Of a DNA stretch of 64,000 bases, positions 29,838 to 39,389 are shown one piece after another (the stretch's first letter is position 1; every line of letters begins with the position of its first letter). Both the position numbers and the translations under genes were made by a program. The stretch is from NCBI GenBank assembly GCA_963662585.1, contig OY759729.1:1120001-1184000 (forward strand), read 5' to 3'. This stretch comes from Candidatus Cloacimonadales bacterium (GTDB lineage: Bacteria; Cloacimonadota; Cloacimonadia; Cloacimonadales; JAFGVF01). The notes beneath the pieces were generated by a model. It ran no database searches, was not told the DNA's origin, and saw nothing but the letters and a program-made list of their open reading frames with translations.

Positions 29838-29858
29838 AGCCCCGCATGTAGCGGGGCT
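29838..29858 (-). terminator. Probable terminator hairpin
   Basis: AGCCCCGC-ATGTA-GCGGGGCT downstream of the paralogue pair. Confidence 0.55.
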
Positions 29859-29933
29859 GATATCTGTATTAAGGAAATGCCAATAAGCCTTCCCAGTTAA
29901 GAAGCCTTCAGGATGAAGGTGCTCCCAGTTTTT

Positions 29934-31256
29934 CTATTTCTGCAATATCATTTTCTTAACTGCTTGATATGAGTCTGTTTTTAGCTTGTAGAAGTAGCTT
30001 CCTGAAGCAACTTTTTTGCCTGAATTATCTCTACCATTCCAAACATATTGGTGTTGACCTGTCTCGAAGAACTTGGTAATAATAACTTGTCCTTTCAAAT
30101 TAAAGATAGAAAATTCTCCTCTTTCACCTTCTTTCACAAAGAATTCAAAAGTAGTTTCAGGATTGAAAGGATTAGGATAATTTTCTTTTAATTCACTTGT
30201 AGGGATTACTGGTTCAATATCTTCTGACTGACCACTAATTTTAACTGAAACTGGTCCGTATATTTCCACAAAACCATCTATTTCAGTAGATTGTAACCAA
30301 TAGTAATAATTTGTATTCATTTCAACTTCTTCATCAGTATAAGAGTATTGAGAACCTGTAGCACTATTAGTTGCTTGAATATAAGTAGGATTAATTCTGA
30401 TAGCAGTATTCATGTTTTCAAGCTCATTTCTATAGATATTATAGCCAATTAAATTACTCTCTGAGGCTGTAGTCCATTGAATGTTAGCAAAATTATTACT
30501 TGTTGTTATTGCTGAGAATGATGACAAGGTTACTGGTAAAGTAGCATCTGTAGCAGTAACAGAGAAATTATCAAAGTTCTGAATACGGGCCCAAGATTCG
30601 CCAAAATATGGATATATGGTTGTTCCCTCAGTAAATGCGTTATTTACAATAACGGTAGAATTAGTTCTAACAGCTGGCTCACTTATAACACCGTTTGCAT
30701 CAGAGTAATATATTGCATACTCACCATTAATTCTATTACCTGAAAGAGGAGTAATAGTCAATATAATCTTTAGCCATTGAATATTTAAATCCAAAGGGTC
30801 GCCGAACCCATCTTCATAGCTTCTTGTAGCGAACCAATAATCATCGTTAATAAAGGAATCTCCTGAACCATGATAACACATTCCATAGGCTGGATTACCT
30901 ATAATCTCACATGCAGGTTGAGCGGTATTTGAGCCAGCTGTAGAAAAACCAATAGTTCCATATCCTGAATCGTAAGTATTATTAAAATAAGCACTTACAG
31001 AGATAGGTTCATCTAAAACTACTTCAAAGCCAGTTTGGTAAGTACATATTCTAGCTTGAGTCCAGTTCAAAGCTGGTATATAAACCGATCCTGTGTTTTC
31101 AAGTCCAGAATTGCTTAAATTACTAACATCACTTGCTCCGGCAATATCAAAGTAAGTGTCCAAATCAGTTGGATTATTAAAATCCACTAATTGTGTTCCA
31201 GCTGTTAAACTAACTATGAGTAATAACATAAATAGAGCAATAACAACATTTTTCAT
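29934..31256 (-). CDS. Secreted CTD protein, paralogue B (variable N-terminal beta domain, LPVTLSSF Ig-like domain, FlgD-Ig CTD)
   Basis: Signal peptide MKNVVIALF (start set at ATG 31256); TLPVTLSSF; NYPNPFNP...KKMILQK. Confidence 0.88.
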   Translation of the reverse strand: MKNVVIALFMLLLIVSLTAGTQLVDFNNPTDLDTYFDIAGASDVSNLSNSGLENTGSVYIPALNWTQARICTYQTGFEVVLDEPISVSAYFNNTYDSGYGTIGFSTAGSNTAQPACEIIGNPAYGMCYHGSGDSFINDDYWFATRSYEDGFGDPLDLNIQWLKIILTITPLSGNRINGEYAIYYSDANGVISEPAVRTNSTVIVNNAFTEGTTIYPYFGESWARIQNFDNFSVTATDATLPVTLSSFSAITTSNNFANIQWTTASESNLIGYNIYRNELENMNTAIRINPTYIQATNSATGSQYSYTDEEVEMNTNYYYWLQSTEIDGFVEIYGPVSVKISGQSEDIEPVIPTSELKENYPNPFNPETTFEFFVKEGERGEFSIFNLKGQVIITKFFETGQHQYVWNGRDNSGKKVASGSYFYKLKTDSYQAVKKMILQK

Positions 31257-31291
31257 CTTCTTTTCCCCCTTTTTTTCTTGCAAAGCAAGTC

Positions 31292-32626
31292 TTATTTCTG
31301 CAATATCATTTTCTTAACTGCTTGATATGAATCTGTTTTTAGCTTGTAGAAGTAGCTTCCTGAGGCAACTTTTCTTCCTGAATTATCAATACCATTCCAA
31401 ACATATTGGTGTTGACCTGTCTCGAAGAACTTGGTAATAATAACTTGTCCTTTCAAATTAAAGATAGAAAATTCTCCTCTTTCACCTTCTTTCACAAAGA
31501 ATTCAAAAGTAGTTTCAGGATTGAAAGGATTAGGATAATTTTCTTTTAATTCACTTGTAGGGATAACTGGTTCAATATCTTCTGACTGACCACTAATTCT
31601 AATTGATACTGGTCCGTATATTTCCACAAAACCATCTATTTCAGTAGATTGTAACCAATAGTAATAATTTGTATTCATTTCAACTTCTTCATCAGTATAA
31701 GAGTATTGAGAACCTGTAGCACTATTAGTTGCTTGAATGTAAGTAGGATTAATTCTGATAGCAGTATTCATGTTTTCAAGCTCATTTCTATAGATATTAT
31801 AGCCAATTAAATTACTCTCTGAGGCTGTAGTCCATTGAATATTAGCAAAGTTATTACTTGTTGTAATTGCAGTAAAAGAAGAGAGGGTAACAGGAAGTGT
31901 AACATTTTCAGGATAAGTAAATGAGAAATTATCAATGTTAGGCACTCTATGCCATGCTTCTCCGAAATAAGGGTAAATAGTAGAATTATAATATATAAAA
32001 TCTGAGTTAATAAAGTTTGTAGTACCTGTTTTAGTAGGAATAGCACCTATAGTACCGTCAGTAGCTGCCTGGAATAATTGATAAGTTGCATCAACTTCAC
32101 CAGTTGCAAGATCTCTTGGGATAATTGTTAAAACAACTTTATACCATGATAAAGGAATATCTGGGCTATAGGAGTTGTACACTTTTTCCTCATATAGATC
32201 ATCATCAGTACTAAAAATCCAAGCAGCAGAGCTATAGAAAGAAAAACCAATTGCTGGGCTTTCTTGGATTCTGCATCGTTGTGCAATCTCTGAATTAGAA
32301 CTTAAACTTGAAAAACCAAGACCACCCCAGCCACCGTTCATATCACTTCTAATAAAAGCACTCATGACTATGGGTTCATTAACTTCAGTGATTTGATAAC
32401 CATTTTTGTAAGTAACTAATCTATTAACCTCATTATCAAAATCATCAATGAAACCAATTGAAGCAGAATTATTGATACCACCAGAACTTTGCCATTCTAC
32501 ATCAGTGTAACCACCTAAATCAAAATCATCCATATCACCTGGATTAGTGAAGTCAACATCTACTTGACCTGCACTTAAACCTAGAACTACTAAAATCATA
32601 AATAATCCAATAATAACATTTTTCAT
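31292..32626 (-). CDS. Secreted CTD protein, paralogue A (same architecture)
   Basis: Signal peptide MKNVIIGLF; the last ~190 aa are almost identical to paralogue B. Confidence 0.88.
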   Translation of the reverse strand: MKNVIIGLFMILVVLGLSAGQVDVDFTNPGDMDDFDLGGYTDVEWQSSGGINNSASIGFIDDFDNEVNRLVTYKNGYQITEVNEPIVMSAFIRSDMNGGWGGLGFSSLSSNSEIAQRCRIQESPAIGFSFYSSAAWIFSTDDDLYEEKVYNSYSPDIPLSWYKVVLTIIPRDLATGEVDATYQLFQAATDGTIGAIPTKTGTTNFINSDFIYYNSTIYPYFGEAWHRVPNIDNFSFTYPENVTLPVTLSSFTAITTSNNFANIQWTTASESNLIGYNIYRNELENMNTAIRINPTYIQATNSATGSQYSYTDEEVEMNTNYYYWLQSTEIDGFVEIYGPVSIRISGQSEDIEPVIPTSELKENYPNPFNPETTFEFFVKEGERGEFSIFNLKGQVIITKFFETGQHQYVWNGIDNSGRKVASGSYFYKLKTDSYQAVKKMILQK

Positions 32627-32856
32627 TTTTTCTTCTCCTTTAATTTTCCATTTATTATTTTTTCTCGTTCTTCAGTTAAGGATTCATATACCTGTGTATA
32701 GTTTCCCTCATTGAAAGGACGAATTACATTGTAAAAACTCTCTTCATTGTATTGAACAGTAAAGCCAAGTACATCGTTTCCGTCTTGATCAATAGTTTGC
32801 ACTATTTGACTGACTAAAGGACTTTTATTATAATAAGCATTTTTTTTTGTTCTCAT
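32623..32856 (-). CDS. 77-aa ORF translationally coupled (ATGA overlap) to paralogue A
   Basis: In the ORF track. Its stop overlaps the next start. No clear RBS; the ATG lies about 2 nt from the predicted sigma54 start site. Confidence 0.55.
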   Translation of the reverse strand: MRTKKNAYYNKSPLVSQIVQTIDQDGNDVLGFTVQYNEESFYNVIRPFNEGNYTQVYESLTEEREKIINGKLKEKKK

Positions 32857-32868
32857 GATTTATCTAAA

Positions 32869-33016
32869 AGCCATATTTGTTCCTAAAAAAGCCATAAAGG
32901 CACATGTTCATATCTAATTGATTATCAAATATATAGGAGAATTTGCTAAAAAGGGAAAATAGTAATAATTTCAAATATCGCATTTCTGAGTCGAAAATGA
33001 AATTTCAAATGAAATT
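32869..33016 (-). promoter_or_regulatory. Putative sigma54 promoter with IHF-like site and upstream activator palindrome
   Basis: Minus strand TAGGAACAAATATGGCT gives GG-N10-GC (32883-32870). AATCAA-TTAG-ATA (32923-32911) has one mismatch to WATCAANNNNTTR. Perfect inverted repeat AATTTCA-AA-TGAAATT at 33001-33016. A bEBP gene is adjacent. Confidence 0.6.
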
Positions 33017-33182
33017 AAATCCGAATGGTGCAGTAGAGCTTTACAGAAGAGTGCAGATTCTTTTAGATAAAGGTTTTATAGAATTTATCAGCCTATAATA
33101 TATATACTCTGAGAAGTTATGTAAAATGCTTTTGCAAATGAATATAGTGCTATTCTAAAAGATCTATTGCATTATTTGCGTT

Positions 33183-33211
33183 AAAAAGCCCCTCTTTGAT
33201 GAAGGGCTTTT
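33183..33211 (-). terminator. Intrinsic terminator
   Basis: AAAAAGCCCCTC-TTTGAT-GAAGGGCTTTT after the bEBP gene. Confidence 0.65.
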
Positions 33212-33237
33212 ATATTAAATATAATTTGTTATATAGC

Positions 33238-35484
33238 TTAGATACCTTTTAGGGTATATTTTTGGAGTTTGTATTTATTAATTCTTCTACATAAAGTTGC
33301 TTCAGACATATTAAGAATTAAAGCAGCTTCTTTCTGTTTACCTTTAGCTTTAAGTAGAGCTTTTACAATCATATCCTCTTCATTATATTCCTCTTGCATT
33401 AACTTTTCCTTGCTTGCGAATCTAAAAGGATTAATCTCACAAAGAATTTGAGCATCCCAATCACTTTTCTTACTAAGAATATACATTCTCTCCACAATAT
33501 TCTTTAATTCTCTAACATTGCCAGGGAAGTCATAATCATAAAGAATTTCTAACATTGATCTATCGATGAAAGGCATTTTTTTATTAAGTTCATTAGCATA
33601 ATATTTAAGATAATGATTCATAATTGGCTCAATATCCTCTTTTCTTTCTCTAAGAGGAGGAATAACAATTTCAATAGTATTTAATCTATGAAATAAATCC
33701 AAACGGAATTGATTATCAGTTAATTTCCCTCGGAGGTCTTGACTAGTTGCCGAAATGATTCTGCTGTCAAAAGGTATTTCTTTGCTACTACCTACTGATG
33801 TTACTTTACGGGATTCAAGAACACGCAACATTTTACTTTGGACTGGAAAAGGCATATCAGCGATTTCATCTAAAAATAAGCTTCCCTTATCTGCTTGCAA
33901 AAAGAAGCCTTTTGTAGGATTATCCGCACCTGTAAATGCTCCTTTTGTGTGTCCAAATAATTCGCTCTCGACCAGTGAAGCAGTTAAAGCTCCAACATTG
34001 ACAGGAACAAAGGCTTGATTTCTTCTCATGCTATTTTTATGAATGATTTGGGCCACAATCTCTTTACCTGTCCCTGACTCTCCTAAAATTAAGACACTAG
34101 TATTTTGATATTGTGCTGCTAACAAAGCAGAATTTAGAACATTATGATAAGCGGCACTGCAACCAATGAAACCCTGAGATTTATTTTCTTTTCTTTTTCC
34201 ATAATCTGTTGAGTTATACTCCACATCTAAAGTAGTCTCAACTTTAATTTTTCCTAGTTCTTTCTCAATTTCTTTATTCTGAATCTCACCAATATATTCA
34301 TCTGTTATATCACTAAGTTTCTGTTCTGCTTCAAAACTTTTCTTATAGTCTTTCATTAAATAATAAATATTAACCATGATTCTATACACCCAGATCAATT
34401 GTGATAAATCTTTAGCTTTTTTGTAGTATTTAATACCTTTTTTAACAATACTAAGTGCTTCATCATAATTCCCTATTTCTATCAACAAACTTGTTTTATT
34501 TACCTCTAACTGAATTTGGTCACGCTCGTCTTTCAAATCTATAGCAATTTGAATTGCCATATCCGCATAATTGAGCGATTTATCATGAAGCTTTAACTTC
34601 CAATAACATAAAGCATAATTATTGAAGAGGTCTAAAAGTAGGGTAGGAGGTTTATTTTCAACATTCTCCAAGATACTCATACACTGATCGTAATACTCTA
34701 TGGCTTCTTTAAATTTACCTTCTTCAATCTTTAGATTACCCAGATTTGAGGTAAAAAGAAAGGCCTTATGCCTTTCTCCCATCTTCTGAGAAAGAGCTAA
34801 ACCTTGCTTAAGAATCTTCTCTGCCCCAGCATAATCATTAATTCTCCCCATAGCAGAACCAAGATTATTTAAAATCATAAGTTGATATAAATCAAGTTCT
34901 TGTTTTTGAGCTTGTTCTAAGGCTTGCAAGTAGTACTTTATAGCTATATCCCATTTTGACATAGCAACATAAAGTGCTGCTATGGAGCCATAGGCACTCG
35001 CAGTTGTATAAGAAGGTTCAACTCTTTTCATCAAATCGAGCATCCTTACTTCTTGCTTTCGAGCTAATTCAAATTCAGATTGATATCTAAAAAAATACAT
35101 ATAATCTTGATGAGCATTAATCATCAACTCATAATCACCTGATTCAATTGCATAGTCTATTGCCATATTTAATAATGGTCTGATTTGGTCTTCTGAATCA
35201 CTACTATAATAGGTTATCGCTTGTAGCAAATGACATTTTACTAAAATATAAAAATCAGCTTCAAGGATTGATTCTCTTATACACTCAAGAGCTATCTCTC
35301 TTGCTTCTTGATAATAATGCATAATGCACAAGGCTTTTCCTTTGAAATACTTTATCCGCCTCCAGTCACGAGGAGAGAAATCTTCTGAAGTATAGTTTTC
35401 AATTTGTTGCATAAGTTCTGGTGGTATATACTCAGCAAGCACATCCCAATGTTTCATCATGTCTGAAGTTAGTTCTAACTGCAT
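33238..35484 (-). CDS. Sigma54-dependent enhancer-binding protein with N-terminal TPRs
   Basis: TPR-like helices (e.g. [18 protein letters not shown]); [46 protein letters not shown]; Fis-type HTH. Confidence 0.93.
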   Translation of the reverse strand: MQLELTSDMMKHWDVLAEYIPPELMQQIENYTSEDFSPRDWRRIKYFKGKALCIMHYYQEAREIALECIRESILEADFYILVKCHLLQAITYYSSDSEDQIRPLLNMAIDYAIESGDYELMINAHQDYMYFFRYQSEFELARKQEVRMLDLMKRVEPSYTTASAYGSIAALYVAMSKWDIAIKYYLQALEQAQKQELDLYQLMILNNLGSAMGRINDYAGAEKILKQGLALSQKMGERHKAFLFTSNLGNLKIEEGKFKEAIEYYDQCMSILENVENKPPTLLLDLFNNYALCYWKLKLHDKSLNYADMAIQIAIDLKDERDQIQLEVNKTSLLIEIGNYDEALSIVKKGIKYYKKAKDLSQLIWVYRIMVNIYYLMKDYKKSFEAEQKLSDITDEYIGEIQNKEIEKELGKIKVETTLDVEYNSTDYGKRKENKSQGFIGCSAAYHNVLNSALLAAQYQNTSVLILGESGTGKEIVAQIIHKNSMRRNQAFVPVNVGALTASLVESELFGHTKGAFTGADNPTKGFFLQADKGSLFLDEIADMPFPVQSKMLRVLESRKVTSVGSSKEIPFDSRIISATSQDLRGKLTDNQFRLDLFHRLNTIEIVIPPLRERKEDIEPIMNHYLKYYANELNKKMPFIDRSMLEILYDYDFPGNVRELKNIVERMYILSKKSDWDAQILCEINPFRFASKEKLMQEEYNEEDMIVKALLKAKGKQKEAALILNMSEATLCRRINKYKLQKYTLKGI

Positions 35485-35598
35485 ATTTCCGTCCTATAGG
35501 ATAACCTTATATTTTTTCAAGGGAAAGCAAGTACTTTACCTCTTTAGTTAAATTACAAATATATCTCTTTTCTTTTCAATGTCAAGATTTTTGTGAAA

Positions 35599-35720
35599 TT
35601 GTTCCAAATACTCTTCCCTTACTCTTCCTTTGCTCCTCAACTCTTATTTCGATTAAATTCTAAATAATTATTAAGATGATTGAGAAAGAGCATGAGACGA
35701 GCAAAGAAAGACAAGAAAGA
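35599..35720. repeat. Dispersed ~110-bp element with pyrimidine-rich and purine-rich arms
   Basis: CTCTTCCCTTACTC...TTAAGATGATTGAGAAAGAGCATGA. An inverted homologue lies at 60991-61100 and a partial one at about 5548-5575. Confidence 0.65.
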
Positions 35721-35774
35721 AAATGGTTTACAAGGGCTATTTTAGAATAATGTTCTTCTCTTGATTTTACAAAT

Positions 35775-35808
35775 AAAAAGCCCTCTTAACCATTTTGATT
35801 AAGGGGGC
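35775..35808 (-). terminator. Probable intrinsic terminator
   Basis: AAAAAGCCCTCTTAA...TTAAGGGGGC after the 758-aa gene. Confidence 0.55.
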
Positions 35809-35858
35809 AGGGACTAAAAATAGAAGTTAATTCTACACAATCATAAGCTTATATGATA

Positions 35859-38135
35859 CTATTTCATTAACACCATTTTCTTCATTTCTGTATTATTCGG
35901 ACTACTTAACTTGTAAAAATATAGTCCTGAGGAGACATTGTTACCATTAAGATCTTGGCCTTTCCAAACATAAGAGTGATCACCTGCAGGGACATTTCCT
36001 TTTACAAGTGTATTCACTAATTGTCCTTTAACATTATAAACATTAAGTTCAACCTTACCAGCAATTGGCATATTGAATGAAATAGTTGTTTCAGGGTTGA
36101 AAGGATTTGGATAATTTTGTTTTAGTAGAGAACTAGGCATAACAACTTCATTATCAACACTTGGTGTAGCATTAGCAAAATCAATATCGATAGCTGCATA
36201 CATCATAGTTCCACCAGTAGCCTGTCCAATACCTTGTTCAGAAGAACCATAAGTATTATCATCTAAATACATAAAGTGTAATCTTCCACGAGGACCTGTT
36301 CCTGTAGGAGATTGAATATAATCGATTTTATCAGTAGGATAAAGAAAAGTTGGTATCTGTCCTTCTAATTCAGGAATTTCGACACTATTAAGAGAGAAGG
36401 GGTCTGACCAGGAGTTACCATTATCAGCAGACACACTAATCAAAGTTTCAATATTTTGTCCGTATGGTTCTAAATCAGGATTTGCTTCTTGGTTGTTATT
36501 ATAGTCTCTTGATTTCTTAGTATCATGCCAGATCATAGCCATCATTCCAAATTCATTAGCATCAGTAATTCTGATATGATTTAAATGGAAGAGAGCAGAT
36601 TGGTCTGTTCCAGCATTTTCATCCCAGTAAGGGAAAGGCCACATTGTAGATAATAAAGGCATTCCCCAATATTCTGTATCATCAGAAGTAACGCCATCAT
36701 CTTCACCATCCCAAGTTCCATCATCTGCAATTTCATCATAGAAACCATCACCATCTGCATCCCACCATAACCATGGTAGTTCACTACTAACAGTTTCGGT
36801 GTTTCCTGTAACATCAAATACTCTTTGTGCTGATTGTGGATAAACTTCATTAACTTTGAAAGTATTATCACGAGGATCGAAAATGACTGTTTTTATAGTA
36901 TGTAAGGCAGGATAATAAGAGCCTTCAGAAGTTTTTTGAGTATAAAGAGCAGGCATGTGAATTCTGCCATAACTATCTACAGCAAGATTGTAGTGACTTG
37001 ATTGACCAATTCCGATGAACATATCTTCATCAGAAAAATCATTTTCATTTGTATCAAAATACTCTTCTGTTAACTCAGTACCTTCATGAAAACCTGTTGG
37101 GTTTATATAGTTAGGATTATAGGAGTCAAAAGTATCCCAAATTGAGTATCTTTCCCACTCTCCAGCACCATAATTATCGCAGACAAAAACATCAAGAGAG
37201 GCTTCTTCAATCGTTTCAGCACCAGTAGCACTACTTTCTGCAGCAAAATGATAACCCATATAGTATAACTTGTCTTCTAATACTTTAAAACTCATGAATG
37301 GTCTTCTCCATTCTCCGAGAGATACATTCCATTCGTCAAGAACTGGGATTGTTGTAGATTCCCAATTAGTAGCCATATATGATTGTTGTTCAATCTCATC
37401 TTCTGTGAAATCACTATAAATAATATAGATGTTTTCAGAAGCTGCACCACCCTCTGAATGTCCGTTACGACCACACACATAAACTCTTTGATATCCATCT
37501 AATGGAGATGGACCGATTTGTACTGAAGGCCAATTGAACTCATTACTACTATATTCCTGTCCATTTACTACAATGGTAGTTGGAGAATCAATAACAGTGA
37601 ATAAATCAGAATTTTGATCTATTGCGATTCCGCCAATAACAGCATCATAGCCTAAGCCTACTTCCCATTGAGTATCAGAAGTATCCCAGTTACCATGATA
37701 GGCGAAGATTGGTCTTCCACCGTCAGTTAAGGCTAGTCCTGCATAACCTTCATTAACATCATTAGCATTAAAGGTAGAATTAGCTAATACTGATCCTGTG
37801 GCATCAATAAAAGCTTTATATACTCTACGAGTACTATTTGCAGTAGCTTTTCCATGATATACTATCCAGTTTCCATTAATACCGCTGATGGCTGAGTTAT
37901 CTACTCTCATCATCGGAATTGCTCCATAAGTTCCAGGGAAGTAATCATAATAGTTTTCCATGATTGATACAGGATTAATGGCAAATTCGAAAGGTGTTTC
38001 AAAACGATTTTGAGATTGATAAGTTCTCAAGCTAAATTCATCAAGTTTGATACTTTTCAAGGGTGTATTAGCAGTTGCAGATAAAAAAGCTACACTTACT
38101 AATAATAAAGTAATAATCATAAATTTTCTTTTCAT
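35859..38135 (-). CDS. Secreted CTD protein, probably beta-propeller-like and acidic
   Basis: Signal peptide; Asp-box-like SADNGNSWS; D-rich DADGDG loop; NYPNPFNP...KKMVLMK. Confidence 0.8.
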   Translation of the reverse strand: MKRKFMIITLLLVSVAFLSATANTPLKSIKLDEFSLRTYQSQNRFETPFEFAINPVSIMENYYDYFPGTYGAIPMMRVDNSAISGINGNWIVYHGKATANSTRRVYKAFIDATGSVLANSTFNANDVNEGYAGLALTDGGRPIFAYHGNWDTSDTQWEVGLGYDAVIGGIAIDQNSDLFTVIDSPTTIVVNGQEYSSNEFNWPSVQIGPSPLDGYQRVYVCGRNGHSEGGAASENIYIIYSDFTEDEIEQQSYMATNWESTTIPVLDEWNVSLGEWRRPFMSFKVLEDKLYYMGYHFAAESSATGAETIEEASLDVFVCDNYGAGEWERYSIWDTFDSYNPNYINPTGFHEGTELTEEYFDTNENDFSDEDMFIGIGQSSHYNLAVDSYGRIHMPALYTQKTSEGSYYPALHTIKTVIFDPRDNTFKVNEVYPQSAQRVFDVTGNTETVSSELPWLWWDADGDGFYDEIADDGTWDGEDDGVTSDDTEYWGMPLLSTMWPFPYWDENAGTDQSALFHLNHIRITDANEFGMMAMIWHDTKKSRDYNNNQEANPDLEPYGQNIETLISVSADNGNSWSDPFSLNSVEIPELEGQIPTFLYPTDKIDYIQSPTGTGPRGRLHFMYLDDNTYGSSEQGIGQATGGTMMYAAIDIDFANATPSVDNEVVMPSSLLKQNYPNPFNPETTISFNMPIAGKVELNVYNVKGQLVNTLVKGNVPAGDHSYVWKGQDLNGNNVSSGLYFYKLSSPNNTEMKKMVLMK

Positions 38136-38630
38136 AGTTCCTCCACTATAAATTTTTTATAATACAACAACACAGTTATTTAATTATACTATGAATATAG
38201 TATAAAAACCATAACATCTTTTTTTATATCTAAGCTATAATTTAAGCTTATTGAGTTAAATAAGTTTGTCAAGCGATAAATTTCTTATTTAAGCGGTATT
38301 ACATTATATAATCAGTGAGTAGCTATATGTATTTACTGAAATGCAATTTCTTTTAAGATAATATTTCTATTAAAGTTAAGTTGCTTTACATTAAATTCAT
38401 TATGGAGATTGTGCTATTTTGGTGGTTAGAGATAGGATAGAGAAAACAGCCAGTCTGTTTGGCAGTCACTGCTTTTTTACCGTGTCTTCATCACTAATAG
38501 GGGAGTATTGCTGGTCGCGGGCAATAACTGGGAATGCGGGTCAGACTGTGTGAAAGTTAAGAAGGCTTTCCAAGTTTCTTCTCCACTGTCATACCTAATT
38601 TCAGAAATCTTGTTTAAAGTCTTTTAGTGA

Positions 38631-39389
38631 CTATACTTTATTAACCCAAGCTTTGAATAAACTAACCTTTCGTCTGCTTACTATAACATCCATAGCAAGT
38701 TCAATAGATAGTTCTAGTCTCAAGCGATGGGATTCAAACTTCTTAATATTCTTTATGGCATAATCAGCGATGATTTGACTTCTTGAGATTCTAAAATAGT
38801 GTTGAGGATCAAGAATTTCCTCTAAATGTTCCAAGGATTGATCAATGATATATTTATAATTGTTTTTAGTGATAATATAGGTTAGGTTTGATTCGGCATA
38901 GAATAGAACAATTTCGGAAGCAAGAATAGGGATTAAATTTACCCCTTTTTTTATTAAAAATCTTAATTCTTTATCAGAGTTTTCACTATTATGATTAGCT
39001 TCTGATTGAATAATAGGATTATTTATGTTATTAATAATTAGTGATTTAAATTTATTGATACTATCTTCTATATCAGATTTTTTAAAAGGCTTGAGAATAT
39101 AACCGATACTATTTAATTTAAAAGCATGGATAGCGTATTGGTTATAAGCTGTTAAGAAGATTATGGGAGCTTGAGGTGTGAAATCTGAGTATATTTGGAA
39201 GCAATTACCATCTCCTAATTCAATATCACTGAGAATTAAATCAGGTTCTCGATTATTCTTAAACCACTCTTTCCCTTGTTTTACTGACCTTATAATTTCT
39301 AGCACATGGTAATCTTCACTAATCTCTTCCACTATTTTTTTTATTCTATTGGCAGTTAAGTACTCATCTTCAATAATTAAAAAATTCAT
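38631..39389 (-). CDS. LytTR-family response regulator
   Basis: REC motifs IIEDE, LSDIEL, FLTAY, LKP; LytTR motif LEE.LDP..YFRISRS.I. Confidence 0.93.
   Translation of the reverse strand: MNFLIIEDEYLTANRIKKIVEEISEDYHVLEIIRSVKQGKEWFKNNREPDLILSDIELGDGNCFQIYSDFTPQAPIIFLTAYNQYAIHAFKLNSIGYILKPFKKSDIEDSINKFKSLIINNINNPIIQSEANHNSENSDKELRFLIKKGVNLIPILASEIVLFYAESNLTYIITKNNYKYIIDQSLEHLEEILDPQHYFRISRSQIIADYAIKNIKKFESHRLRLELSIELAMDVIVSRRKVSLFKAWVNKV

Noticed and set aside
29934..31870. Diversity-generating retroelement TR/VR pair
   Set aside because: Both copies are coding, the shared segment is about 580 bp, the mismatches are mostly synonymous and not adenine-specific, and no reverse transcriptase is present.
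32840..32848. A9 tract as a phase-variation switch in the 77-aa ORF
   Set aside because: Runs of 8-9 A/T are common in this AT-rich sequence; read-level length variation would be needed.
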